A stretch of DNA of 64,000 nucleotides from the human T2T-CHM13v2.0 reference genome, Homo sapiens. A model generated the notes under the pieces. It saw nothing but the letters and a program-made list of their open reading frames with translations, did not search any database and was not told the origin of the DNA. Positions 24,439 to 45,759 of the stretch are shown here, piece after piece; within the stretch, counting starts at the first letter, position 1; each line of letters begins with the position of its first letter. Location: NCBI RefSeq assembly GCF_009914755.1, contig NC_060926.1; one strand, 5' to 3'. A program made the position numbers and the translations under genes.

Positions 24439-24547
24439 CTCAGCTGTTATTCTTCATGCGTATATTTGTTTTGTTCATTTGGGGCACCTTGTTGGTTATC
24501 ATAAATTTTGGTGTGATCAGGTACTGCTCCTTAATAATACTGTATTT

Positions 24548-24839
<292 letters not shown>

Positions 24840-24880
24840 TTATACTTTATTCTGCATAACTTCTTTTAACTCAGGATTTC

Positions 24881-25189
<309 letters not shown>

Positions 25190-26094
25190 TTTAACTCAGG
25201 ATTTCATAAAGAAAACAAGATTGAGAAAAACCAAATCTGTTTGTTGTATAAAATAATGTATAGCTCTGAATAGTCATGTCTGATTTTGGGTAAAATGCTA
25301 AAAGACTATTCTTCTATGAAGTGCTTTTTACTTTTGCAGTTTTAGGTGGCAAAATAATTTCATATTCTTATTTCCTCACAGAAACCATATGTCTGTGGTT
25401 GCTTCTTAGCTCTATCAAATATCCACCTAAGTGCACCAGTAGGTTAAATTGTTTCTCATAAAAGGTTAGTTTTGACAAATTTTTGCTGTTAGCTTTTCAT
25501 TATCACCAGATCTTGACTGTACTGGCACAATGGTGTATAAAATCTAGAGAGGAAACAAATCAATGTGAACCATAGCATAGTTAATGGGTCTTCTCCAAAG
25601 CACTTATTTGGTTAGATAAAAGTACATAAAGCACTTCTCACTGTGTCTGGTACAGAGGGGAGGCATGCAACAAATGTTTTTAGAATAAATAAAAATTCAG
25701 TTCTTGTAAGCATTAGTATTAATTACATGAAGGACTTCCAGGCACTGTAATCAGTCTTCTATCTTTGAGATTTGAAAGAAGCAGGAAATAGGGCGTAGGA
25801 CCTACAAGGAAACAGGAAGATTATCCATGTTTTTATTTCGCATTCCACTTGAACTATCTTGGAAACACAGGGTATAACATCAAACAATGGTCGTGTAAGT
25901 ATTTTTTAAAATTTGTTTTTATCTGTTGCTTTATCTGCTTTGTGGTATATTATTGTATTCTATGTCTGGACATGTCTGGACGTTTTCAGTTGATTCATTA
26001 ATATCAGGAGTAGTGTGAGTGTTTCCTTGTCAAGGAGATACTGCATTTTCTTCCTAGTCCCATAATTAGCCAAAGGAACAAACTACTCTTCTTA

Positions 26095-26406
<312 letters not shown>

Positions 26407-26490
26407 TATATATATAAGATTACACATATATTTCAAAAAAATTATATTTTCCAAAACCAAAAACCCCACAGGTATATGATCTGTAAAACA

Positions 26491-26637
26491 GGCTGGACAT
26501 GGTGGCTCATGACTGTAATCCTAGCACTTTGGGAGGCTGAGGCAAGGAGGATCACTTGAACCCAGGAATTTGAGACTTGCCTGGGCAAAATAGTAAGACT
26601 CTGTCTCTATTAATTAAAACAAAAACAAAAACAAAAA
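26491..26637 (+). mobile_element. FLAM_C-like monomer
   Basis: Single left arm with A-rich tail. Confidence 0.82.
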
Positions 26638-27040
26638 TGACAGACATATGATCTCCGAAACAAACGAATCATGCAGGTCAACCAGGATGTGGGGAGAACT
26701 CAAAAAGGTATATAAACAATAACACACAAACCTAATTGTATTATAAATGGATAATACACTGAAGGGGTTGGGGAAGAAAATAACTTGTCTAAGATACTTT
26801 GGAAAATTATAAGGCTAAAGACAAAAAGAATTATATGCAAATATTGTGGTGTCATTAGTAAGTTTCTTTCTCATAGGGGCAGGGGTTAGCAATTCTACTT
26901 TATATATATACTTACAGTAAACAAATTAGAAAATATTGTGGATAATAAGACCTAGGTTCCTAACTCTCTCCACTGAGAGGACCTAGAATTAGGAATACCA
27001 CAGTAGCAGTGACCACAATAGTGCCCCAGATCTTGATTTC

Positions 27041-27359
<319 letters not shown>

Positions 27360-27639
27360 TAACATTCTCCACTAATAAGAACCCTTGAGAAATGACTGAT
27401 TCCAGGACTGAGGCAGGGAAAATCAAAATGAACCTGAAACATTTAATGGTATCAGAAAGTAACTAAAAAATGATAGGGGCATATGAAAGGATCTAACCAA
27501 CTTGAAGAGATAGTTCCATTGGTCAAAGCTAAGACAAAATAAATAATCATAGTATTGGATTCGAATCCATAGAATATAATAAATATCAGTGAGTCCATAC
27601 TAATATAAACAAGGGAGAAAGGACAGCCTATCTATCTAG

Positions 27640-27933
<294 letters not shown>

Positions 27934-28300
27934 CTTTTTATTTTTAAAAATAATAATAAAAAATAGTAAACTTTATTTTTAGAGCAATTTTATGTTCACA
28001 GTAAAATTGAGAGGCAGCTCTTTTTTTGTTTTTACAGTAGAATTTCAGTTAATAAATAGAAGGAGTGATGGAAATAGAAAATCATCATTAGGCGATCTCC
28101 ATGGCAGGTTCTTGTTGCAGGCAAGAATCAACCAATGGATGCTAAAATTAGTGGGTGAAAGTGTGGTAAGAAACACGGTATTTAAATAGGCTCTAAGTAT
28201 CTGCCCTACAAAATACTTATTCATTACAAAGGGGAACCTTTGTAATGTAACACTGGAGAAATCTGGATATACCACTCTAACCTGGTGACACATTGACATC

Positions 28301-28737
28301 TGTCAGAAGACAAAAATTTTGACAAACCAAGTTTAAAGATTAATTGGCTTTTATTAGCAATTCATGAATCAGGCAGCATCCCATCTAAAGATTTACAAAG
28401 GCACTCCAATGAGCTGAGCAGTGGAGGCAGGCTTTATTGGTAGAAAAAAGCTGAAGAAGGCAGAAACAAGGAAAAAGAGTGATTGCTCATTACAAAATTA
28501 CTTTCCTTGTAGGGTTAAAACAGAGGAACTTCATTATCTTGCTAGCACAAATAAACTGGGCCCCTTCTGATTGGTTGCTGTGAATGGCCTGTTTGTTGGA
28601 AAACTGGCCCATTTTATTGTTCAGTTTGATTATGTGGTGCCTAGCAGGAGTGACTCCATTCAGGTTTTGTGTGCTCTGTTGGAGTCTAGTGTAGAAACTC
28701 AGCCCAAAACAGTGGCTTTCTATACGTTTATTTAACA
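28301..28737 (-). mobile_element. ERV1-class solo LTR (MER4-group; subfamily uncertain)
   Basis: TG..CA termini; 4-bp TSD CATC/CGTC; TTTATT poly(A) signal on minus strand. Confidence 0.75.
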
Positions 28738-29290
28738 CGTCAGATGCTTCCTGATGCAGTGCACTGAGAAGGACATAGCATCGCCTCTGTGGTATTTTTT
28801 GCCAGGAAAGGTAATTTTTGTCTAATCATGAGAAAACAGAGATAAACCCAAATTGAGGAACATTCTACAAGATAACTTCCCAGTACTTTAAAAAAGTCTC
28901 AAAGTCATAAACAAGAAAGAACTGAGGGACTATTGCATATTGGAGCGATCTAAAGAAGTATTACAATTTGTGGAATTCTTGATTAAATCCTGGACCAGCA
29001 AAAGGACATTAGTGGGAAAATTGATGAAATTCAAATGAGATCTTATATTGAAGTTAATTGTGTCAGTGTACATTTCCTGGTTTTCATAATTGCAAGTGAT
29101 TATGTAAGGTTTGTTAATATTAGGAGCAGCTGGGTAAAGGTTTTACAAAAACTCTATACTATTTTTGCATTTTTTCTGTAAGTTTAAAACATTTTCCAAC
29201 TAAAAAGTTGAAAACACATGTATTAGAGACACATGCGTATGTGTCTCTAATAATCTTAAATATATTTAAGATGATAGAAGGAATTCTTGA

Positions 29291-29674
<384 letters not shown>

Positions 29675-30004
29675 GTTTCTGTTATACTTTAAAAAATATA
29701 ATTTATATTTGGCACCTATATTTCTCAATAAAAATATAAGCAGGAATTTTTAGTTTTGTAAATTTTATAATCTGGGTCTAATAAATCTTAAAGGGATACT
29801 AGAGTTTATGTAATCATTAACCACATTATTTTAGACATTTTTTTGTGCAAACTGATTTTCTTATGTTTATACCTATGGTCTTCAGTAATTACTATTTCAC
29901 TGATAGTTGTAAGAATATGAAATTAAGGCAGGAAGAGGAGAAGTATTAGTTTAATGTGTACTATATGCTGTGTGTGTGTGTGTGTGTGTACACACTTACA
30001 TGCT

Positions 30005-30653
30005 GTTGATTCTCATTGTTCTTGGATTCCATATTTGTAAATGTTCCTACTCACTGAAATTTATTTGTAACCCCCAAATTAATATGCATAGTGTTTTTGT
30101 AGTCATATAAGGATATCTATAGAGCTGTGAAAAATGTAAGTCACCTGATGCACACGTTCTCAGCTGAGGTCAAACAAGGCCACATTCTGACTTCTTGTTT
30201 CAGGTCTCATGCCATAAACAAATGTCCTGTTCGTGGCCCATTTAGTGCCATATTTTTCTCATTTTTGTGCTTTTTGCTGGTGATTTCACTGTTCAAAATG
30301 GCCCACAAATATAGTGCTAAAGTGTTGTCTGGTGTTCTAAGTGCAAGAAAGCTCTTTTCCTTAGGGAGAAAATACCTATGTTAGATAATCTTCAGTCAGT
30401 CATGAGTTATACAGGCATGAATTATAGTGCTGGTAGCCAGGAGTTGAGTGTCAGTGCATCAACAAAATATATTAAAGTGACTTTAAACAATCACACGCAC
30501 ACAAAACAACATTATATATTGATCTGTTAATGCAAATGTGGTGAGCACAGGCTTATAGCAATCTAACCTTGTATTTCTCCTAGAAGCAATGGTTCATTGT
30601 TCACTAATTCAGTGTTTGCAATAACTATATAGAACATACAAGAATCATTTGTA
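30005..30653 (-). mobile_element. MER82-like Tigger-family DNA transposon
   Basis: CAGCTGAGGTCAAACAAGG..GGTGATTTCACTGTT..CCTAGAAGCAATGGTTCA..CTAATTCAGTGTT. Confidence 0.75.
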
Positions 30654-30728
30654 TGTGTGTGATACCCATCTATCTAATATATATTACATATTGTTCATTA
30701 TATATTAAAAATGTTATTAATTATATTA

Positions 30729-31021
30729 CTTTTTTTTTTTGAGATAGGGTCTCACTCTGTTGCCCAGGCTGGAGTACAGTAGTGTTATTTTGGCTCACTG
30801 CAACCTCCACCTCCCGTGTTCAAATGATCCTCCCACCTCAGTCTCTTGAATAGCTGGGACCACAGGCGTGCACTGCCACGCCGCCAAATTTTTTGTATTT
30901 TTAGTAGAGATGAGGTTTCACCATGTTGCCTAGGCGGTGTGGAATTCCTGAGCTCAAGTGATCTGCCCACCTTAGCCTCCCAAAGTGCTGGGATTACAGG
31001 CATGAGCCACCACGCCCAACC
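30729..31021 (-). mobile_element. Alu (J/S)
   Basis: Full dimer. Confidence 0.9.
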
Positions 31022-31737
31022 TTATATTATTAATATATGTTTCATATATACATATACATACACAGGCATACCTTGTTTATTGTGCTTCACTATTGCACTT
31101 CACAGATAACTGTGTTTTGAACAAATTGAGGGTTTGGGGTAACTCTGCATCAAGCAAGTCACTCAACACCATTTTTCCAACAGCATGTGCTCTTTTCATG
31201 TCTGTGTCATATTTTGGTAATTCTTGCAATGTTGCAAACATTTTAATTATTACATTTGTTATAGTGATTTGTGATCAGTGATCTTTGATGTTACTATTGT
31301 AATTGTTTTGGGGCACCAGGAACCACACCCATATAAAATGGCAAACTTAATAAATGTTTGTGTTCTGACTGTTCTATCAGCTGTTGTTCCCCTGTCTCCC
31401 TGTTTTCAGGCCTCCCCGTTTCCTGAGACACAAATATTGAATTTAGGCCAATTAATAACCCTGCAATGGCCTTTAAGTGTTCAAGTGAATGACAGAGTTG
31501 CACGTTTTTCACTTTAAATCAAAAGCTAAAAATGATTAGGCTTAGGGAAGAAGGCATGCTGAAAGCCAAGACAGGCTGAAAGCTAGGCCTTTTGCTCCAG
31601 TTAGCCAAGTTGTGAATGCAAAGGAAAAGTTCTTGAAGAAAATTAAAAGTGTTACTCCAGTGAATACAGGAATGATAAGAAAATTAAACAGCTTTATTGC
31701 TGATAGAGAAAAAGTTTAAGTGGTCTGGATAGATTAA

Positions 31738-32089
<352 letters not shown>

Positions 32090-32246
32090 CCCTCAGTCTT
32101 CTGTGAAAACTGAGAGAGGTAAGGAAGCTACAGAAGAAAAGTTTAAAGTTAGTAGAGGCTGAATCTCAACAGATTTTCAATGTAGATGACACATTTTTAT
32201 GTTGGAAGAATATACCATCTAGGACTTTTATAACTGGAGAGAAATT

Positions 32247-32555
<309 letters not shown>

Positions 32556-33324
32556 CGTAACTGGAGAGAAATCAATGCCTGGCTTCAAAGCTTCAAAGGA
32601 CAAGTCAGCTCTCTTGTTAGGGGCTAATACAGCTGGTGACTTTAAGTTGAAGCCGATGGTTATTTACCATTTTGAAAATCCTAGAGCCCTTAAGAATTAT
32701 ACTAAATATGCTCTGCCTGTGCTCTATGAATGGAACAACAAAGCCTGAATGACAGCACATCTGCTTACAGCATGACTTACTGAATATTTTAAGCCCACCA
32801 TTGAGAACTACTGCTCAGAAAAAAAGATTGCTTTCAAAATATTACTGATCATTGACAATGCACCCGATCACCCAAGAGCTCTGATGTAGATGTATAAGGA
32901 GATGAATGTTGTTTTCATGCCTGGTAAGACAACATCCATTCTGCAGCCTATGGATCCAGGAGTAATTTTAACTTTAAAATCTTATTTAAGAAATAATATT
33001 TCATAGGCTATAGCTGCCATAGATAGTGATTCCTCTGAATCTGAGCAAAGTAAATGCAAAACATTCTGGAAGGAATTCACCATTCAAGATGCCTTTAAGA
33101 GAATCAGTGATTCATGGGAGGAGGTTAAAATATCAGTACTAACAGGAATTTGGAAGAAGTTGATTCCAACCTTTATGGATGACTTTGATAGGTTAAAGAC
33201 TTCAGTGGAGGAAGTTACTGCAGATGTGGTGGAATAGCAAGAGAACTAGAATTAGAAGTTGAACCTGAAGATGTGACTGAATTGGTGCAGTCTCACGAGA
33301 AAATTTGAATGGAGGAAGAGTTGC

Positions 33325-33780
<456 letters not shown>

Positions 33781-33826
33781 TTTAAAAGTTGCTTCTTATG
33801 GATGAGCAAAGAAAGTTGTTTCTTGA

Positions 33827-34193
<367 letters not shown>

Positions 34194-34201
34194 CTAGCAC
34201 A

Positions 34202-34641
<440 letters not shown>

Positions 34642-34669
34642 ATGAGCCACTGCGCCCAGCCTTCCATGA

Positions 34670-35076
<407 letters not shown>

Positions 35077-35462
35077 CGTCATGTTTTTTTTTAGACCTAA
35101 TGCCATTGCCCACTTAACAGACTACAGTATAAACATAACTTATATATGTACTGAGAAACCAAAGAATTCATGTGATTTGCCGTACTGTGATATTTGCTTT
35201 ATTGCAGTGTTCTGGAACTAAGCCTGCAATATCACTGAGGTATGCTTGTATTTCTTATCTAATCTTTCTAAAGCATCCAGGCCCTTCTACATGAGGAGTG
35301 AGAACAGACAAAATTAAGTGATTTGCCCAATATAATAGCCAGAACTCAGGGTCTGGTTCCAAAGTCTGCAGATTAAAAATCTCTTTTTAGATGACATTAT
35401 CTGTTTTGCCTAAGACATACAGTAAAGGCATCTGTAAATTTATCTTGACATTTAATTAGATG

Positions 35463-36191
35463 TGTTGACAAAAAGACTCAAACTCTGTAAAATATTTGAA
35501 GAGATTTATTCTGAGCCAAATATGAGTGACCAAGGGCCCATGACACAGCCCTCAGGCAATCCTGAGAACATGTGTCCAAGGTGCTTGGGTTACAGCTTGA
35601 TTTTATACATTTTAGGGTGGCAGAAGTTATAGATACCAGTCAACACATGTAAGGTGAACATTGTTTCAGTTCAGAAAGGGGGGACTTCCAGGTCATAGGC
35701 AGATTCAAAGATTTTGTAGTTAAGTTACCCTCTGAAGACCTGGAATCAATAGAAGGAAATGTCTGGGTTAAGATAAGGGGTGGGGGAGACCAAGGTTCTT
35801 ATGCAAATGAAGCTTCCTTGTAGCAGGCTTCACAGAGAATAGATTGTAAATGTATCTTATCAGTCTTTAAAAGGTGCCAGACTGTTAGTGGATTCTCTTC
35901 TGGATCAGGGAAAAGACCTGGAAAGGGAAGGGGATTCTCTGCAGAATGTGGATTTTCCCAAGAGACAGCTTTGTAGGCTATTTCAAGATATGGCAAATAA
36001 ACATATTTGGGGTTAAAATATTCTGATTTCTTTCCTTATCTGTCATGTGATGTTATGTCAGAGTCAGGTAAGCCACATTATGTAGGGTTAAATAAAACCC
36101 CTCTGATGAGACTATGGTTTGTAAGGCGTGACTCCCCAGGTCCCTCAGATAGAAATTTGAGGAGAAGAAAAAGGTCAGAGTTTAGTCCTCA
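35463..36191 (-). mobile_element. MER4E-like solo LTR (ERV1)
   Basis: TGTTGAC..GAGATTTATTCTGAGCCAAATATGAGTGACC..TTTAGTCCTCA; 4-bp TSD GATG. Confidence 0.9.
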
Positions 36192-36364
36192 GATGGCAAG
36201 AATAGTAAGATTTCCCTCATATCTTTCTATTTGAAAATTAAATTGCCTTCATTTTAAAGTCAAATTTAACATTATGTATTTTTGTTTTAACAATTTACTT
36301 TTTTATTCAGCGATTCACTTATTTAAAATGCCATGTACTAATTAGCGTAACATTTTCTAGGTAG

Positions 36365-36712
<348 letters not shown>

Positions 36713-36924
36713 GTATGTTTTTTTTAAATGAAGTCTTAACTGGGAAATGTGAAACAGTGAAGTATTTCAGTTTCCATAAGTAAGATCTTAAATGTTTAGA
36801 GTGTCAAATGTCTCTAGAAGAAAACAGCGTCTTGTTGATTCTTTAGCTTTTCACTACTCTTTACAATGCTTTTCCCCGAAAAGCAATATGAGAAATTAGA
36901 AAAAAGGTTATTAAAAACCCAAGG

Positions 36925-37045
36925 GGGCCAGACACAGCGATTCATGCCTGTAATACGCGCACTTTGGGTGGCCAACGCAGGAGGATGGCTTTAGGCCAGG
37001 AGTTTGAGACCAGTCTGGCCAACATAGTGAGACCTCATATCTATT
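36925..37045 (+). mobile_element. FLAM-like monomer
   Basis: Single left arm. Confidence 0.8.
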
Positions 37046-37596
37046 TTACATATTTTAAAAATTATATTAAAAAATTAAAAAAATCCCAAAGGGAATGGAA
37101 TGATAGTCATTTGCTGTAAAGAAATCAGAAGATTTTCATAATAATGCTTTTATCCCTTCCATTTTTCCTCTAGAGTTATAATTGAATAATTAATTGCCTT
37201 ATGTTGCTTATTGCTTATAATAATTAGGGAAATTAGGATGTATCTAACAAAAAATAAAAGACTAAGAAAAAAATACAAAAGACTCTTGACCATCAAAAGG
37301 TAGCTTTATAAACATCTATTCAAAATACATTTATTCAAAGAAATAATGAGCAATTACAAAATTAAACTTGAGAATATCCTTATTAAATAAGATAGTATAG
37401 TTAATTAAAATAATTTATACAGAGAAACTGTGAATTTTATTGCTTTGTCTTAAAACATTCAGACTCCTTTCTAACATTGTTTACAGTTAAGGGTTTTGGG
37501 TTTAAGTTGAAGGATGAGGCCTGCTAACATTACTAAATATGCGTTTATAACCCTATACGTCCTGTCTGGAGTATGCAAACATCTGTAGAAGCATGA

Positions 37597-37906
<310 letters not shown>

Positions 37907-38004
37907 TGAGGAGTTTTTAAGGCAATATAATGCAATATTTAGTAATTGATTCCTTTAATCTATGAGGTCCAACTTAGAAGGAACAAAAATGTTACCAGGC
38001 TTCA

Positions 38005-38321
<317 letters not shown>

Positions 38322-38598
38322 TTATATTGAGGCCAGCCTGGACAATAAGACCACATCTCCAAAAGGAAAAAAAAAAAAAAAAAGTTTAAAACCAGGTCAG
38401 GACCTATTTGCAGATGTACAGTTATCATCACAGAAGGCTTTCTTCTCCAGAAATTTAACTTTGTAACTAGTATTCTTAGCACTATAGTATTTGATAGCAA
38501 AGCTACCCGCCCCCACCTTTTTTTTTTTTTTAAAACAAGTTTTGCATTATACAAGACTGAATGGTGCTTGGCAGAGAGGAATTTTAAGAATTTGGAAG

Positions 38599-38710
38599 GG
38601 CAGGAGAATGGCGTGAACCTGGGAGGCAGAGCTTGCAGTGAGCGGACATTGTGCCACTGCACTCCAGCCTGGGCGACAGAGTGAGACTCCGTCTCAAAAA
38701 AAAAAAAAAA
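38599..38710 (+). mobile_element. 5'-truncated AluY
   Basis: GGAGAATGGCGTGAACC..; TSD AAGAATTTGGAAG. Confidence 0.9.
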
Positions 38711-38930
38711 AGAATTTGGAAGTAGGGAGGTGAATGGAACTAGACTTTAACTATAGACTAGAAGCTTCCCTTTCCCAGTCTCTGCCCATTAAAAAAAAAA
38801 AAAAGTCACTTCCACTAGAAGATTCATAGATGTTGGGAAAACACAACTGGGGGAACTTTTGATTTTCTTTTTTAATGTGGGATGGGTTGAGCAGGAGTAC
38901 TCAAGAAATTGATAGGTAACTGTAGAGTAA

Positions 38931-39260
<330 letters not shown>

Positions 39261-39334
39261 GTTAAAGCTTGCTTTAGTAAGCAGAAAACACTTTCAAAGA
39301 TACATGTGAATGACAGCTGCTATTTGTCTTGTAG

Positions 39335-39659
<325 letters not shown>

Positions 39660-39715
39660 ATAAAGTTTTTTAAGTTAGCCATTTCCAGTGTCTGATCTTC
39701 AGTGAAGTTTGTAAA

Positions 39716-40031
<316 letters not shown>

Positions 40032-40129
40032 TGTATATTCTTTTAAAATAATAAAGATAGGGAGCTAGATATTAGTAAAAAGTAGCAACAAAGATGTAAG
40101 GATCAGATGATGACCCAAGGACTGTTAGT

Positions 40130-40242
40130 GGAGGGTTTTGCCATGTTGGCCAGGCTGGTCTTGAACTCCAAACCTCAAGTGATCCACCCTCCTCGCCCAC
40201 CCAGAGTGCTGGGATTACAGGTGTGAGCCACCATGCCCAGCT
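40130..40242 (-). mobile_element. Alu left-arm fragment
   Basis: CCATGTTGGCCAGGCTGG..GTGAGCCACC. Confidence 0.8.
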
Positions 40243-40522
40243 GACAGGTGAAATACTAAAAAATAACATGGCTAGGCTCAAAAATGAAGCTTAACACCTC
40301 CTTGGAATAGAAAAGCAAAGTGTTCTACCTAACTGAACTCTGGGGCCAGAAGTTGGCAGTTTTTCCCATGATTTCTTGCCAGGCTGACAGGGTCCAAAAG
40401 TGACCATGTGAGAAGGAGATCAGAACTTGGCTCCCACTTCAGACACGGGGGCTGTGTCTCCTTGAAAGGATGCCAGAAAGAGAACAGCATCTTGCTTCTT
40501 GGTGTTAAAAACTTTTTTCATT

Positions 40523-40815
40523 GGCCAGGCACTGTGGCACACACCTGTAATCCCAGCAGTTGAGGAGGATGGGGTGGGAGGATTGCTTGAGCCCAGGAGT
40601 TCAAGATCAGCCTAGGCACAGTGGCAAGACCCTTTTCTGTCTCTACAAAAATTTTAAAAATTTCTCGGGATGTTGGCGTGCGCCTGTGGTCCCAGCTACT
40701 CAGGACGCTGAGGCAGGGGTATCGTTTCAGCCAGGAATTCGAGTCTGCAGTGAGCTATGATGGCGCCACTGTACTCTGGCCTGGGCAATAGCATAAGACC
40801 TCCTCTCTAAAAGAG
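40523..40815 (+). mobile_element. AluJ
   Basis: GGATTGCTTGAGCCCAGG, GAGCTATGAT. Confidence 0.88.
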
Positions 40816-40826
40816 AAATGATAAAA

Positions 40827-41794
<968 letters not shown>

Positions 41795-41942
41795 TTAAGA
41801 GATACCCTTAGTACCAGAAATTTAGCCAATATACTCACTTGCTCTATAAAGGCATCTGCAATATCCCCAATGTCTTTACAAGGTTGGCATCTCAAAATAC
41901 CATTATAAGACCTAGTTTTGGACTGAGAGCAAGAGATAGATA

Positions 41943-42637
<695 letters not shown>

Positions 42638-42769
42638 GATATAGAGGGGAAGCACCTGGAAAGATGCTGTGGAGGAGTTGGTGAGTGGGAGTTGGAAGAT
42701 AGAGAAACAAACCAAAAATCCAAGTTGGCAAAATCACATTTTGAAACATCTGAAAAAATAAATCTTACT

Positions 42770-43150
42770 TAAAAAATCTTTATGTGAAAAATTTAAAGCT
42801 TTTAGAAGAAAAAATATATCCTTTTGACCTTGGTCTAAAAAAGAATTTATTTAAAAGGGCACAAAAACCAAAAATAATAAAAGGAAGATTAATACATTGA
42901 ATTGCATTTTAAAATTCTATACAGCAGGATGCATTACAAAGTGAAAAAACAGCTACAGATTGAGTAAGATATTTGTAACATATGTAATCAAGTAAGAATT
43001 ATCCAAAATATGAAAAATATTTTTTAAAAAGGTAACAATCCAAAAGGGAAATGTGAAAGGATTTGAATAGGCAATTCACAAAATAGGAAACCTGTATGGT
43101 TGATACATACTTGAAAAGATGCATCCTTAAACAAAGAAATGCTTGAAAGA
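42770..43150 (+). mobile_element. Old L1M(E) ORF2 remnant
   Basis: TTTTAGAAGAAAA..AAGATATTTGTAACA..TTTGAATAGGCAATTCACAAAA. Confidence 0.6.
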
Positions 43151-43352
43151 AGGATAAAAAATGTTTTGGATGGTCTTACATTAGCAATTAAATGCTGTGG
43201 CCAGAAGTAACACTTTACTTAGGCCCTGAGTGATTAGGATGATCAGAGCTTGCCTGGTGACCCATAGGAAATAGAACACGAGCAAGAAATAAACTTCTGT
43301 TATTTAAAGCCACTGAGATTTTGGGATTGTTATTGCATATAATTTAGTTTAT

Positions 43353-43644
43353 GGCCGGGTACGGTGGCTCACGCCTGTAATCCCAGCACTTTGGGAGGTC
43401 ATAGTGGGCTGATCACCTGAGGTCAGGAGTTTGAGACCAGCCTGGCCAACATGGTGAAACCCCATTTCTACTAAAAATACAAAAATTAGGCAGGCGTGGT
43501 GGCGGGTGCTTGTAATCCCAGGTACTCAGGAGGAATCGCTTGAACCTGGGAGGTGGAGGTTGCAGTGAGCCAAGATTGTATCACTGCACTCCAGCCTGGG
43601 CGACAGAGCAAGTCTCCGTCTCAAAAAAAAAAAAAAAAAAAAAA
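43353..43644 (+). mobile_element. AluS
   Basis: Full dimer. Confidence 0.92.
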
Positions 43645-43653
43645 GTAAATTTT

Positions 43654-43955
43654 GGCTGGGTGTGGTGGCTCATGTCTGTAACTCCAGCACTTTGGGAGGC
43701 TGAGGTAGGAGGATCACTCGAGGTCAGGAATTTGAGACCCACCTGGGCAACATAGTAAGATCCCGTCTCTTCAAATATTTAAAAACTAGCTGGGCGTGGG
43801 TGGCATGCACTTGCAGTCCTAGCTACTCAGGAGGGTGAGGCAGAAGGAGTGACTGAGCGTGGGAGTTTGAGGCTTCAGTGAGCTATGACAGTGCCACTGC
43901 ACACTAGCCTGGGTACCAAGTTAGACCCTGTCTCTTTAAAAGTAAAATAAAATAA
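43654..43955 (+). mobile_element. AluJ
   Basis: Diverged dimer. Confidence 0.88.
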
Positions 43956-44117
43956 ATTGCTCTGGTTACCATGTAGAGATTGGATTATAAGAGGATGTTG
44001 AGAAACCACTAAGGAAGTCATTAAAGTTATTCAGGCGAGATATGATGATACTCAAGACTAGGATGGTGCATTGGATAGGACGTGGTATATTTAGATGGAA
44101 TCTAGTGATAATATTGA

Positions 44118-44433
44118 AGGCGGGCTTGGCGAGGTGTTTCACACCTATAATGCCAAAACTTTAGGAGGCCGAGGCGGGAGGATCACTTGAGCCCTAGAGT
44201 TCGAGACAAACCTGCCAACATAGTGAGACCCCCGTCTCTACAGAAGATACAAAAATTAGCCAGGTGTGCCAAGTGGTGATGTGTGCCTGGTACTTCCCAG
44301 CTACTCAGGAAGCTGAGGTGAGAGGATTGCTTAGGCCCGGGAGATTGAGACCTCAGTGAGCTGAGATCGTGCCACTGCACTTCAGCTTGGGCATCAAGCA
44401 AGACCCTGGCTCAAAAAAAAAAAAAAAAAAAAA
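44118..44433 (+). mobile_element. AluJ
   Basis: Diverged dimer. Confidence 0.88.
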
Positions 44434-44748
44434 GGGCAGGTATATTGGATTTAGTGAACAATTGGATGTGTTATGTATTTCTGCAACAAAATTTTTACAG
44501 TAAGCAAACAGTGCTTTTGTGGACCAAAAATCAAATTAAGTAAAAAGAAAAAAAAAAAACAAGAAGCAAGCCCTTAACAAGGCTTTGTTTTCCTCTGAAC
44601 CTTAAAACTTTTTCGTTCCTATACTATCATTTCTCTGAGGTAGTTTGATTTCTTCACTTCATTTACATTTTTTTCCATTCTCACAGTATTTCTCTAGTTA
44701 AGAATTGTATTATGCCTCTACTGCACCATTATAGGAAATACTTTTTAT

Positions 44749-45070
44749 GGTTGGACATTGTGGCTCACGCCTGTAATCTCAGCACTTTGGGAGGCCGAGG
44801 TGGGTGGATTGCTTGAGCTCAGGAGTTTGAGACCAGCTTGGGCAACATGGCCAAACCCCATCTCTACAAAAAACACAAAAATTAGCCAGGCATGGTGGCA
44901 CGCAGCTATAGTCCCAGCTATTCAGGAGGCGAGGGGTGGAAGGATCACTTGAGCCTGGGAGGTGGTAGTTGCAGTGAGCTGAGATCATGCCAGTGTGCTC
45001 CAGCCTGGGTGACAGAGTGAGATCCTGTCTTCACAAAAATAAACAAACAAACAAATAAAATAAATAATAC
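44749..45070 (+). mobile_element. AluJb-like
   Basis: Dimer; TSD-like AATAC(T/C)TTTTAT. Confidence 0.88.
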
Positions 45071-45286
45071 CTTTTATTATTTACCTCTGATCTATTCCTA
45101 TTACAGTTCCGCATTCAGTGTAATTTCCCCTAGGGGTAACTGCAATTTCATTTTTTTAATATACCCAACAAAGAGCTGTAGCTCCCTCCTGTCTGCAGAT
45201 CAGTGTTTATAGGACAGAATATAATATTCTACTATGCTAACTTTACCTTTTACCCTTTTCTTAGCACGTGCGCACACATGTGTGCA

Positions 45287-45402
45287 CATACTGTCAGAGT
45301 CCCTATTTCTCTCTCTCTACACACTGCCAGTCTCTCTCCCTTGTCATACTGTCAGAGTCCCTATTTCTCTCTCTCTACACACTGCCAGTCTCTCTCCCTT
45401 GT
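45287..45402. repeat. Perfect 58-bp tandem duplication
   Basis: CATACTGTCAGAGTCCC..CTCCCTTGT occurs twice (45287-45344, 45345-45402). Confidence 0.95.
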
Positions 45403-45458
45403 CCCCGCAGTCGAGTCTGTCTCTCTCCTTCTGTTTCTCTCTCTCTCTTTCTCTCTCT

Positions 45459-45759
45459 CTTTTTTTTTTAAGAGACGGGCTTACTCCATCTGCCAGGCTG
45501 GAGCGCAATGGTGCGGTCATAGCTCACTGCATCCTCAAACTCCTAGGCTCAATCAGTCCTTCCACTTTAGCCTCCAGAGTAGCTAGGACCACAGGTGCAT
45601 GCCACCACACCCTGGCTAATTTTAAAAAAGTTTTTTTTTTGGTAGAGATGGGTCCTCGCTGTGTTGCCAGACTGGTCCTGAACTCCTGGGCTGAAGCGAT
45701 CCTGCCTGCTCAGCCTCCCAAAGTGTTGGGATTCCAGGTGTGAGCCACTGCCTCCAGCC
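45459..45759 (-). mobile_element. AluJ
   Basis: Diverged dimer with GA-rich tail. Confidence 0.88.

Noticed and set aside
45234-45743. Longest ORF (169 aa)
   Set aside because: Built from the 58-bp duplication, a CT tract and an antisense AluJ.
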